Assembly (NCBI RefSeq): GCF_006345805.1
Contig: NC_043013.1
Location: 40,548,001 to 40,612,000 of the forward strand
Length of the DNA: 64,000 nucleotides
Direction: 5' to 3'
From: Octopus sinensis
Lineage: Eukaryota
Shown: positions 25,680 to 37,314 of the stretch, in pieces
Numbering within the stretch: position 1 is the stretch's first letter
Layout of the letters: each line of letters begins with the position of its first letter
Position numbers and translations under genes: made by a program
Notes under the pieces: generated by a model
Databases searched by the model: none
Seen by the model: the letters and a program-made list of their open reading frames with translations, nothing else
What the model was told of the DNA's origin: nothing

Positions 25680-25838
25680 ATTTAAAATTAATTCAAAAAA
25701 AAAAAGGGGGGAAAAGTTGCAAAAATATTTTCATTCTCCAGAGCGCAGAAGTTAAAAACCACTTCAAACGGTTTTTAGGAACAGTGAGTATTTAAGCATA
25801 TTTATTTTTAAACTTATATGTATTAAGGCGGTCCACTT

Positions 25839-25889
<51 letters not shown>

Positions 25890-26411
25890 CTTAGTTTTGA
25901 AGGAACATAGTCAAGAAACTGAATCATTTACTTTTCTTTCTGTAATAAAATATTTGGAATAAACATTGAAACAATGTTTATTCCAAATTATCCTCGATGT
26001 CACCGAAACTTTTCATTCTTATCCAAAGAAAAAGAAAGTAATGACGAGGAAGAGTGCATTCGATTGAATAGTCTTCGGTATATGTTTGGTAATTAATTTG
26101 TCGACCCAGAGGTATATAAAAGAACATTGATCTCAGTTACATTTCAGTTCAGAGACATACGAAACCATATGCAGTTAAGCAGTTAGTGTGAATTATGTCA
26201 TTTCTGCCTCTGCTTTTGCTCTTCAGAGACAAGTAGAAATAAACAAGTGATTTATTATTTGCAATGAATTTCTGTTATTTTCTACGCAACGATATCTGTC
26301 ACGATACTGATTCACACAGGAAATTTACATGGAAATTCATTGTGAAAGATGATTTCTATACCCGAGAGAAATAGTTTTCGATCTTATACACAATCTAATA
26401 TTATTTTCCAA

Positions 26412-26830
26412 AGCAATGCTGCGAGCTAGCAGAATCGTTAGCACGCCGGGCGAAATACTTTGCGGTATTTCGTCTGTCTTCACGTTCTGAATTCAAATTC
26501 CGCCGAGATCGACTTTGCCTTTCATCCTTTTAAAGTCGTTGAAATAGTACCAGTTAAGGACTAGGGTTGATGGAATTGACTTATCCTTCCCTCAAAATTG
26601 CTGGCCTTGTGTCAAAATTTGAAATCAATATTATTTTCTAAGACGATTAGCTGAAAAAAATCATTAGGGTGATGAACAAAATGATTTCTTCCGGCTCTAC
26701 CTTCTGAGTTCATATCAGGCTGAGGTTGACTTTGGTTTTCATCCTTTAGGAGTCGATAAAATAAAGTATCAATCAAGTACTGGGGTTGATGTAAATGATT
26801 ATACCACTTCCTCTTTGGTTATCTTGGCGA
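26412..26830 (+). mobile_element. Two tandem SINE family A copies (second decayed)
   Basis: gctgcgagctagcagaatcgttagcacgccggg...aaatttgaaatc, then a second degenerate body. Confidence 0.8.
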
Positions 26831-27029
26831 ATTTGACATCTAAAATACCAAATTGTATTCGAGTGATGTACAATCACCCATCGATGAATAAACATGAAGA
26901 CTCGTAGAATAAGGCTACTAACACACTTAAAAGTAGAAAGATGCCTGAAATCTGTGTGGGAGGAAAGGACGTACATCGCTCATAGAATACAATTTGTTAT
27001 GGTAGATGAAAGATTCGCCACGATAACTA

Positions 27030-27565
27030 AATCAAGGAGCCATTAGTTCCCACCCATTTGAGAGCGAGTGTTTCACTCTCATATCAATGTGTATGGGCAA
27101 ATATATGATGAAGGTGAGGGCAGATGTACCACCAGAAATAAGAACCTGGAGGATAATAGCCAATGCTTTGGCTGATGTTGACGAAATAAGCATTATACAA
27201 ATATTTGGGATACGAAAGCAAAACTGGTCGGAGAAAAGAGTACACAATTGAAGCCATTCCTAATATAATTAGAAAGCAAGATTCTTACCACACAGCTACT
27301 CCAGAAGTTTCTGGCCTGGAAGTGCTACTGGGGGCCACAGAGCCATGAAACAGTTCTGCACACATTTGTTCAGTGTCCAACCATTGTTGACTCGTGGAGT
27401 TATTTCGAACAGTTGCTACTGCGTATGGGACTGCTCCGGCTATCAGCCGAGTCCATCGTGTTGATTGTCGCGCTGCAATCCTTTAACTGAAGAGGGAAGG
27501 CAGTTTTCCTTTGCCTGGTGGGTATAGAGAAAGAGGTTGCGTGGTGGACGTGGTTGAAAGGGCTG
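27030..27565 (+). mobile_element. L1/Tx1-clade LINE 3' fragment (zinc-binding domain)
   Basis: SHETVLHTFVQCPTIVDSWSYFEQLL resembles the C-terminal ETxxHxFxxCP motif of L1/Tx1 ORF2. Confidence 0.6.
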
Positions 27566-27660
27566 AGGGCAAAATACTTAGCGGCATGTCTTCCAACTCT
27601 TTACGTTCTGAATTTGCCTTTCATTCTTTCGGGGTCGATAAAATAAGTACCAGTTCAGCA

Positions 27661-28310
27661 CTAGGGTCGATGTAATCTACTTAGAATTTCATTTACTGCT
27701 AAACAATTTGAAATTTTAGGGGATAAGATCATTCTGTTTTTCATTTTTTCTACTGTACAATTGTCAAATATATCAGATACCAAAGAACTGTTACTTATGC
27801 ATGCCTCAGGAATATAAATAGTATATTCTGCGAGATTATCAAGAGAGCTTTGATGAAATCCACTTCCAAGTTGTAGTAGTCGCCTCAAAAAATCTTGTTC
27901 ATTTGCATTTGTTTTCATGTTTTGCGTTAGTTGCATTTGGTGAAAATTATCCCACATAGAGGAGCGTTTGAGGCAGGCATCAAGTACAGCTGCTAGAGGA
28001 GCTTTGGGACAACTTGAAGAACTTGTCTAAAATCTCATTGTACGATAATTTTCCTACCAAATATACTTTACTATTCATAATATATCTTAAACAATTATCT
28101 ATAGCTTTCAAAGCATAAACTGGTATCATTGAAGCTTCGTCAAAAATGAAGACTTTTACTCGCCTAAGAATATTTCTTTGATCAGAATTTGGTGGAACAT
28201 TGCACACACTTGTTATACTCAAAGGAACTGCAAGCTAGAATATACTATGAAGAGTTTTACCACCTTTGAAGAGTGTTGCAGCAATGCCAGTCCAGAAGCT
28301 AAGGGAAATA
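27661..28310 (-). mobile_element. Helitron-type PIF1 helicase fragment
   Basis: WTGIAATLFKGGKTLHSIF, FIFDEASM..ALKAIDNCLR, LTQNM...FLRRLLQLGSG, ILSPK. Contains stops and frameshifts. Confidence 0.85.
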
Positions 28311-28371
28311 ACTCGAATTTAATCCTGACTTATCTCCCTTAGTGTGACAAACACCGACGGTACAAATGTAC

Positions 28372-28575
28372 CGGCGAGCTGGCAGAATCGTTAGCACACT
28401 GGACGAAATGCTTAATAATACTTCACCCGTCGCTACGTTCTGAGTTCAAATTCCGCCGATACCGACTTAGCCTTTCATCCTTTCGGTAGATTAAGTACCA
28501 GTTGTGTGCTTGGGTCGATCTAATCGATTGGCCCCCTCCTCCAAAATTTCAGGCCTTGTGCCTATAGTAGAAAGG

Positions 28576-28578
<3 letters not shown>
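28372..28578 (+). mobile_element. SINE family A + (ATT)n tail
   Basis: ccggcgagctggcagaatcg...gccttgtgcctatagtagaaagg. Confidence 0.9.
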
Positions 28579-28630
<52 letters not shown>

Positions 28631-28699
28631 GCGTTGATATTCCAAACAAAGGGCTTTGGACATCTGAGATTGTTGTTTGTGAGACTTGAATAACATTTT

Positions 28700-29470
28700 G
28701 AAGGACTAGAAATACTTTAAGTACTATTCGCAGAAAATTTCTGGTAGGAAATCATAACCAGAACGCTTGTGCTGTAACAACATTGGCAATATTTTAACAG
28801 ATTGATATGTAGTAAGTTAAATCCTAATTAATTCCTAAACTAGTATGTATTCTCTTGTAATGAGTCTCGATCATTCAAATTCAGTAATTTTATTCACACT
28901 ACTCCACCATTTATCCCTCAGAAAATAATGCTTACCCAACGAATTCTGTTGAACGGTTGAACCAGGATATTCCCAAAGCGATAAAATTGCTAACTCAAGT
29001 CTCTGGGTTATTTTATCACATTCGTTTATCCCATGACATTTATGTAACCCTAGTTTAAACAGAGTCATATCGGTGTCAAAGATCCGTGCTATTCTCTCCC
29101 AAGTTCCCTATCTCTGATTTATAATGCTGTAAACTCATTTAGGAAATAAATATAATATTTTTATTCAGAATATAGTTGAGGTAGAATATCTCCGTTACTG
29201 TTACATCGAAACGAATGTCTTTATTTACCGATATTAAACACCATTCTGCCATATCTGCTTTTGTTCATTTTATTTATATTTACGAATTCTACCGTTAGAG
29301 ATGTTTATCACACATAGTTTTCTTATGATAGATTGTATCAGATTTTCGGATCTATAGGAAAGGAACATTGAATTGTACATTTCTCTATAATGCATATCGA
29401 ATCACGTGTTTAAAAGCTGTTTGGAATTCTTTAAAAACTGTATAAGCATGATTGTCTGGAAGACTGTTAA
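28700..29470 (-). mobile_element. Ancient LINE RT remnant
   Basis: YTVFKEFQTAFKHVIRYAL resembles the RT motif xFIDFxKAFDxV; many stops. Confidence 0.35.
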
Positions 29471-29597
29471 ATACACAGATAAAGCTAGTGATATAGAAAG
29501 ATGGAGCCAGGTAAGATTATAGGCGTCAATGTGTATCCAATACTACCTGTTCTTCGGTATATTGTTGTTGGCTTAAATGCGTCCAGTTTGTGGTTAC

Positions 29598-31560
29598 ATA
29601 CTAATTTCAAATTTTGACACGTGTCCAGCAATTTCGAGGTAGGAGGTAAGTCGATTACATCGACCCCAGTGCTCAACTGGTACTTATTTCATCAACCCTG
29701 AAACGATGAAAGGCAAAGTCGACTACGGCGGAATTTGAACTTAGAACGTAAAGTCGGATGAAATACCGCTGTTTTGCCCGGTGTGCTAACGATTCTGCTA
29801 GCTCGCCGTCTTAGTTTGTGGTTACTTACTCTTACTCTTTTTTTTACTCTTTTATTTGTTTCAGTCATTTGACTGCGGCCATGCTGGAGCACCGCCTTTA
29901 ATCGAGCAACTCGACCCCGGGATTTTATTCTTTTGTAAGCCCAGTACTTATTCTATCGGTCTCTTTTGCCGAACCGCTAAGTGACGGTGACGTAAACACA
30001 CCAGCATCGGTTGTCAAGCAATGCTAGGGGGACAAACACATACATATATATACATATATACGACGGGCTTCTTTCAGTTTCCGTCTACCAAATCCACTCA
30101 CAAGGCTTTGGTCGGCCCGAGGCTCTAGTAGAAGACACTTGCCCAAGATGCCACGCAGTGGGACTGAACCCGGAACCATATGGTTGGTAAGCAAGCTACT
30201 TACCACATAGCCACTCCTGCGCCTATTATTCATAAACTCATAATAGCACAGCCATAGTCGAAGATGAATTCCGTATAATTTTAGCTTTAAACCAGGTATT
30301 CATTATTTAATGTCATTCACCTGATGTCCGGTTAGTGTGCCGGTTAGTGGTTGCCATCTGTATATACTACAGGAACCATTGTTTAAATTGTCTGTGTTTA
30401 AACACCAAAACCTAACGTGGCAGTAGTACAATTAGGTTTACCACAAAAAAAATCTTTTGTGATGTAAAAATCAAACTCGTTATAACAATCGTTTCAAGTA
30501 ATTAAAATCTGTAGAAAGTTTTAACGTTCCTAAATCCAACAGGTTTCTGAAAACTTAATGCTTTAAACTAATTACATTTGATTATTCGTTTCAAATTTTG
30601 AACACAAAGCCAGCAATTTCGGGGTAGGGTTTAAGTCGATTACATCGACCCTAGTCCTCAACTGGTATGGCAGAAGGCGGCGAGCTGGCAGAAAGTTAGC
30701 ATGCCGGGCGAAATGCGTAGCCGTATTTCGTCTGTCGTTACGTTGTAAGTTCAAATTCCGCCGAGGTCGACTTTGCCTTTCATCCTTTCGGGGTCGATAA
30801 ATTAAGTACCAGTTACGCACTGGGGTCGATACAATCGACTTAATACCTATGTCTGTCCTTGTTTGTCCCCTCTATGTTTAGCCCCTTGTGGGTAATAAAG
30901 AAATAGGTACTTATTTCATCGACCCCGAAAGGATGAACGGCAAAGTCGACCTGGGCAGAATTTGAACTCACATCGTAAAAACATGTTCAATACCTATTTC
31001 TTTACTACCCACAAGGGGCTAAACAGAGAGAGGACAAACAAGGACAGGCAGACGGATTAAGTCGATTATATCGACCCCAGTGCGTAACTGGTACTTAATT
31101 TATCGCCCCCAAAAGGATGAAAGGCAAAGTCGACCTCGGCGGAAATTGAACTCAGAACGTAACGGCAGACGAAATACCGCTCGGCATTTCGCCCAACGTG
31201 CTAACGATTCTGCCAGCTCGCCGCCCTTTAACATGTTCAATACCGCTAAGCATTTTGTCCGGCGTGCGAAAGATTCAACCAGCACCACCTTAAATTACAT
31301 TCAATATTAACATGGCTATGCCGGGGTTGACTTAGCCATTCATCCTTTCAGGGTCGATAACATGGGTACCAGCTGAGCTCTGGAGTCGATGTGATCGACT
31401 TGCCTCTCCTCCTCTGAGTTCAAATTCCGCTGAGGCTGGCTTTACCTTTCATCCTTCCGGGACCGATAAAATAAGAACCAGATGAACACTGGCGTCGATG
31501 TAAGCGACTTATCTCTCCCCTGAAATTGCTGGCTTTGTGCCAAAATTTGAAATCAATCTT
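29598..31560. mobile_element. Nested cluster of ~8 family A and 1 family B SINE copies in both orientations
   Basis: A(-) 29598-29812, B(-) 29840-30224, A(-) 30582-30662, A(+) 30673-30905, A(-) 30995-31229 with 15-bp TSD aacatgttcaatacc inside an older A(-), and partial A(+) copies to 31556. Confidence 0.88.
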
Positions 31561-31658
31561 AACATGGATATTAGTACGAATTTAGAAATATAAATATTCC
31601 CGACATTTTAATTTAGTCAAAATGTTAACAAAAAGTAACACACACACACACACACAAC

Positions 31659-31696
<38 letters not shown>

Positions 31697-32264
31697 AGCA
31701 AACCAACAAAATAAATATAGCAACCAAACACAGGAGTTTAAAAATAATCAGATACTAGTTTTCGGTTTCTTTAATAAACTGCTTCAAAGTTGTACATTTT
31801 AATTACTTTTGACACAAATAAAATACTGGGAGGGAATGTTAAGAACAACCCAGTGAATGCATTGAAACGACAGGAAGTTAACACAGCAAAATGGCTGATC
31901 CATTTACTGTTACTATTAAGAGAAAATCTTCATAAACATATTTTACATATTTGATGATAAAATGTAGTCTTTCAAGGGTGTGGGAGCTTTAAACTATTAT
32001 GTGGAGTTGTTTCTCTAATACACCAATACAAATATTTTCTTTCCACATTATTTAATGTTGTTGATATTTTGTCAATACCTAAAAGGTGACGATTTGGCAA
32101 AATATAGTAGATTACGGGCCAAAACCTGTCACAGTATTTACTTTCAGTTCATTCTTCAACTTTCCGAGTTCAAATGCTGCTGTGGTATTTTTTGTATTTT
32201 ATCTCAGCGAGAGGGAGAGAGAGAGAGAGAGAGAGAGAGAAATGAAGTAGCAGTAACATATTCA

Positions 32265-32478
32265 TTTAAAATTTTGGCACAAGGCCAGCTATTTCGGGGG
32301 AAGGGGGTAAGTCGACTACGTCGAGCCCAGTGCTCAACTGGTACTTATTTTATCGATCTTCCAAGGACAAAAAGGCAAAGTCGACCTCGGCAGAATTTGA
32401 ACTCAGAACATAAAGACGGATAAAACGCAGCGAAACACTTTGCCCGAGATGCTAACGATTCTGCCAGCTCACCGCCTT
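32265..32478 (-). mobile_element. SINE family A
   Basis: Reverse-complement family A motifs. Confidence 0.88.
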
Positions 32479-33399
32479 CAAGTGGCAGTTATATATTTAT
32501 ATATTGGCATTGACTCAATCGATGTTACACTCTACTTATGTAGGCTGGCTTTACGCCTGTTCATAAAAAAATCCAACAGAAAAAATATTTGTCTGAAAGA
32601 CGAATGTCATGTACTGTAAGGGCGATCTTCCGTCTGCTAAACTAACTCTGAAACTCGGTTTCAGTTCCTTGCGACGGCACGTGGTTGTTCCAGCATCTCA
32701 GCCTCAAGATTGTTGCCGGTAATTCTGAGAGTGTCTTCGTTTGTTTCCGTCTATAAAGTGAATAATGGAAGTATAATTAAGAAGCTACAATAATTATTAC
32801 AGAAGATATTAGATTGATTCAATCGATAATTAATTGTAAAACTGTTAATCAATAACTTTAGTGGTTAGGATTCCTTTCTTCCACCAAGGTGTCTTGGGTT
32901 CGATCCATCCCTGGTGTGGGAACTTGTTAGTTAATGCCGGTACATCAGAATGGTCACAGCCTCTGGCCGAAACAAGTGAATATAGCTGTGAGATCTTTTC
33001 TGTTGCTCTCACTGTTTTTGAAATTTTAAAATTGGGTGGAAATTTTCATATTTGGTATATTGATGTAATTTTTCACGCTGAATCTGATTTTGTTATTCAC
33101 TTGTTTCAGAAAATTTTTAGTAAAATGTTACATAGGTTTAAATTTTGATGATTTATACCCAATCAGAAAACAGGATTTGGAAGCTGGCATTTTGTGCGTG
33201 ATAGCTGACTATCACAACATTACGACGACAAATTTTTATTAAACAAAAGGAAAGGAAAAAACATTACGACGACGAAAGTCAATTTATGTAAACAATTGAT
33301 ACATTTTTTGGAGCGAAAATTCAAAAACGAAAGATTGAGATACACTCTAGGAGTCTCCCAAACAAATTTCAATTTTAGTTTCTTTTGTGCCTCATAAAC

Positions 33400-33660
33400 T
33401 CACATCTATCTTAATAATCTTCCCAGGACCGCCAATCTGAATTGTGTTGCAGAACAGGTCTTCCGCACATATTTTCTCGAACATAGCTGTTGTAGTCAAA
33501 CGTTGTGCAGTGGCTCATCCCCAGTTCTTCAACACAAAACCGGACTGAAGTTAATCCCTTGACCCACGAGTAAAGGAAAGAAAGCAGTACAGGTCTAAGA
33601 GGAAGGATGCCACCTTCCAAACATATATCTTTTCTGTCAGACACACACTCGTTGCGTCCT
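33400..33660 (-). mobile_element. Merlin (IS1595/ISXO2-related) transposase fragment
   Basis: LPL..VLLSFLYSWVKGLTSVRFCVEELGMSHCTTFDYNSYVRE, the region preceding IGG...VEIDE in Merlin transposases. Confidence 0.7.
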
Positions 33661-33900
33661 ATTCAGGAACAACGCCAATAAATTTTTCGGTAAAGCATCT
33701 TTGGAGAATCTGCGTCACTTTCTTTGGCTCTTTCTCTGTGAAACCGAATATTTCTAGGTTTTTGTGTAAATTTGTTGGTATATAACCTAATGCAACTATG
33801 ATGATAGATATAAATGCGAATTCATAGTCAGGGTACAAGAGCTGTAAGTTTCGTAGTAATTCGTCATAAATGTTCTCTTTTCCTGGACTTATAATTGCAT
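33660..33900 (-). mobile_element. C-terminal fragment of an R4/Dong-like restriction-like endonuclease domain (third family)
   Basis: KENIYDELLRNLQLLYPDYEFAFISIIIVALGYIPTNLHKNLEIFGF resembles the KxxKY...PIIVGALG end of RLE LINEs. Confidence 0.6.
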
Positions 33901-35063
33901 GGGTGTGCGTATGTATGTATGTATGTATGTATGTATGTATGTATGTATGTATGTATGTATGTATGTATGTTGTATGTATGTATGTATGTATGTGTGTGTG
34001 TGTATGTGTGTGTATGTATGAGTGCAAATGTGACCATGTGTGTCAAAGAAAAACGTTCTTTTACCGTCCTTCTTGTAACTATTTTAATTATCCTTGTCGT
34101 CAATTAAGTTAAGAACCTTAAATAGTTTACAATATATGGAAACAGGTGAGCAATGTCCACGGGGATGGCATCTAGTTGTAGAAAAATCTGCCTCAATAAA
34201 TTCCATCTGGCTCGAGCAAGCATGAGAAATTGGACATTAAATGATGATGATGATATACAACAAAGAAAAATATACATTTTATGCTATTTTTCTTCTTTTA
34301 ATAACGCATGGATGAATTATGCCTCTTAGATAAGAGGGATAATTCTAAAAATGTATAATTTTCTATTTAAAGAAATAAATATTTGCCTATAATGATAATC
34401 AAGATTGTATATATATTTTGACTCCAGACAGAGTTGATTTTGATTTTTATCCTCCTGGGTCATTAAAACAAACAAATGATATACCACAGATTAATATATT
34501 TTCGACAACGATTCTATATATTTCAAAAGAAACCAACCTTGCCCATTGTCAAAACAAACCAGAAATTAGTCTTAGTATATTTTATAATCAAACTAGTATT
34601 TATATACATTAAGGGCGGGAATTTCGTGTAAATGTAGAAAATTGTATTTCGAGCATTAAGTGTGATCGTACTTAGTAACTTCTTACTACATTCAAAGTGT
34701 AAATCATGATAAGCTTGACATTGTCTTTCATCCTTTCAGTAACCCTAATAATTTAATTGGCTTCGTTTAAACGGTTATCCATCTGCTTTAGGGAGACTGA
34801 TTTTTTTTTTTTTACGTTCTCATTTGTCTGTGTACTTGAATGTAACCCATGTATAATTTGCATAAAACATTTAGAATACTATAAAATATATTGTATGTGA
34901 TGGTGTATAAGATGCATAAAAAAATCGCCCTGGGTACTGTGCAAAAGCTTTAATGCATTAAGAACTTCATTTTCTTGAATATGCACTACTGAAACTGGGG
35001 TACGTTTAATACGGTTGTGTGTCTTTTATGTCATCAAATATGGTTAATAATATCTATCTTAGT

Positions 35064-35535
35064 TAAGGCGGTGAGCTGGCAGAAACGTTAGCACGCCGGG
35101 CAAACTGCTTAGCGGCATTTCGTCCATCTTTACGTTCTGAGTTCAAATTCCGCCGAGATCAACTTTGCCTTTCATCTTTTCGAGATCGATTGAAGTACCA
35201 GTTAAACACTGCGGTCGGTGTAATCGATTTACCCACTACCTCGAAATTGCTGTCTTGGAGTCAAAATTTGAAACCAATATATATTGAAGTAGATTGTATA
35301 GGATTGCTAGTACCTTTATGTAATAATTTCAAAGTCTGGCACAAGGTCATAAATTTCGGGCTATGGGTGGGGTGAGTAAATTACATTGACCCCAGTGCTC
35401 AACTGGTATTTATTTTACTGAGCCCGAAAGGATGAAAGGCAAAGCCGACCTTGGCGGAATTTGAACTCAGAACGTAGAGACGGACGAAATGCCGATAAGC
35501 ATTTTTGCAGGCGTGCTGACGATTCTGTCAGCTTA
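35064..35535. mobile_element. Tail-to-tail inverted pair of SINE family A copies
   Basis: A(+) 35064-35278 and A(-) ~35318-35535. Confidence 0.88.
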
Positions 35536-36050
35536 TGTGATTATTACATAATAACAAACATTATATACTTATGTATATATGTGTGCATATATAACTAATG
35601 GTTTCATAATTTAGGCAAAAGCTCAGCAGATTTTAAGGGGATCAGGTGATACCATTGTTCCCATTACTTGACAGATACTTAATCTTAGCGATCCCGGTAA
35701 GATGTAAGATAAAGTTGATCCTTGCCGGATTTGAACTCAGGACGTAAAATATTGAAACAAATACAGTGAAGCGTATTTTTCCTGTGTACGTACATAGTAT
35801 GATTAGTGATAGACACAGTCATAACTGTGTGAATAAGAAGGTTGTTAACTACATGGTTTCAGGTTCAGTCTCACTGCGCGGCACCTTGGACTATATACTC
35901 TCTACTATATAATCTCGGGTCGACCAATGCCTTGTGAGTAAATAATGATTTTGATAGATGAAAACTGTGTGGAAGTCTACTGCGCGCACGCGTGTGTGTG
36001 TGAAAGAGAGAGAGAGTGTGTGTGTGCGTGTGCGTGCGTGCGTGCGTGTG

Positions 36051-36091
<41 letters not shown>

Positions 36092-36172
36092 ATAAGATCG
36101 ATATTTAAAATACCGATCTTATCAGGTGGCCAGCATGGGAATAAAAACCTTTCAAAGGTAATAATTATTTTA

Positions 36173-36501
36173 AATTATAATTTAGGGTATCTAAGAGACA
36201 CCAACATGCTGGAAATAGCAGTCAAAACTTGACTCTAAAACCACATTAAATGTTCATACAGCACCAAGAGAGAAGACGAAGAGACAAAATAAACTAGCAA
36301 AAAATTACTGGATAATTCCAGATGCCGGATTTCTGGCTTTGCATAAGAAATGCTTTGCCTTCATCAGTGGAATACACTAAGATATTTTGTCTCTTCGTCT
36401 TCTCTCCTGGTGCTGTATGAACATTTAATGTGGTTTTAGAGTCAAGTTTTGACTGCTATTTCCAGCGTGGTGGTGTCTCTTAGATACCCTAAATAATAAT
36501 T
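36173..36501. mobile_element. Palindromic non-coding element (~119-bp arms) with a hammerhead in the spacer; Penelope-like pLTR derivative
   Basis: Arms 36173-36291 and 36383-36501 are near-perfect reverse complements; (TA)n nearby on both sides. Confidence 0.8.
36315..36373 (-). ncRNA. Type-I hammerhead ribozyme motif, canonical core
   Basis: ATTCCA-CTGATGA-A-GGC-aaa-GCAT-ttctt-ATGC-aaa-GCC-A-GAAA-T-ccggc-ATC-TGGAAT: 6-bp stem I, two-part stem II, AUC triplet. Confidence 0.8.
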
Positions 36502-36519
36502 TATATATATATATATATA

Positions 36520-36735
36520 TTTCTTTACTACCCACAAGGGGCTAAACACAAAGGGGACAAACAAGGACAGGCAAAGGGATTAAGTCGACTACATCGACCC
36601 CAGCGTAACTGGCACTTAATTTATCGACCTCGAAAGGATGAAAGGCAAAGTCGACCTCGGCGGAATTTGAACTCGGAACGTAACGACAGACGAATTTCGC
36701 CCGGCGTGCTAACGTTTCTACCAGCTCGCCGCCTT
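36520..36735 (-). mobile_element. SINE family A, long-tail variant
   Basis: Tail tatttctttactacccacaagggg on the plus strand. Confidence 0.9.
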
Positions 36736-36738
36736 GTG

Positions 36739-36905
36739 GTCCACCACTGAAGAGTGAGTGGGCAGTGCCGTCCACTGCAGCCCCTTAGCGACAGGTATGC
36801 CCTAACTGACGTTGAATTAGTCACGCAAAGAGAAAAGGGACAACGCCTCTTACCTTTGCTTTATTCACTCCGACTAACAAGGTGGATGCCACCAAATTTC
36901 AGAAC
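36739..36905. repeat. Unclassified ~170-bp dispersed repeat; inverted copy at 42543-42712
   Basis: Near-identical reverse-complement match with only a few substitutions. Confidence 0.9.
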
Positions 36906-36924
36906 ACACACACACATATATATT

Positions 36925-36963
<39 letters not shown>

Positions 36964-37029
36964 ATGTATGTAATGTATATGAATATGTATATACATGTAT
37001 ATATATATGTATATATATATATGTATATA

Positions 37030-37082
<53 letters not shown>

Positions 37083-37141
37083 GTGTGGTGTGTGTGTGTG
37101 TGTGGTGTGTGGTGTGTGTGTGTGTTGTGTGTGTGATCATA

Positions 37142-37187
<46 letters not shown>

Positions 37188-37276
37188 GTGTGTGTGTATA
37201 TATGTATATATATGTATATATATGAAAAAACAAGTAAAAAATAGAAAATGCTAAAATAATTTTATAGTGAACATTT

Positions 37277-37314
37277 CAGTACCGGTTTCGGTCATTTTGA
37301 GACCTTTTCAACTG
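37277..37314 (-). ncRNA. Minimal hammerhead motif with U3-A8 core
   Basis: CAG-TTGAAAA-GGTC-tcaaaat-GACC-GAAA-CCGG-TA-CTG; palindromic ACCGGT helix III. Confidence 0.65.

Noticed and set aside
26195-26245. Hammerhead remnant CTGAAGAGC...GCAGAAA on minus (similar weak hits near 13285, 19590 and 32960)
   Set aside because: Stem I or half of the core is missing, so it cannot be distinguished from chance.
33400-33660. Bacterial IS1595 or contamination
   Set aside because: Embedded among host SINEs and microsatellites; the eukaryotic Merlin family explains the similarity.
36760-36905. HDV-like ribozyme in the 170-bp repeat
   Set aside because: P1-like and P3-like pairings exist, but there is no P1.1, no J4/2 cytosine context and no P2 partner.
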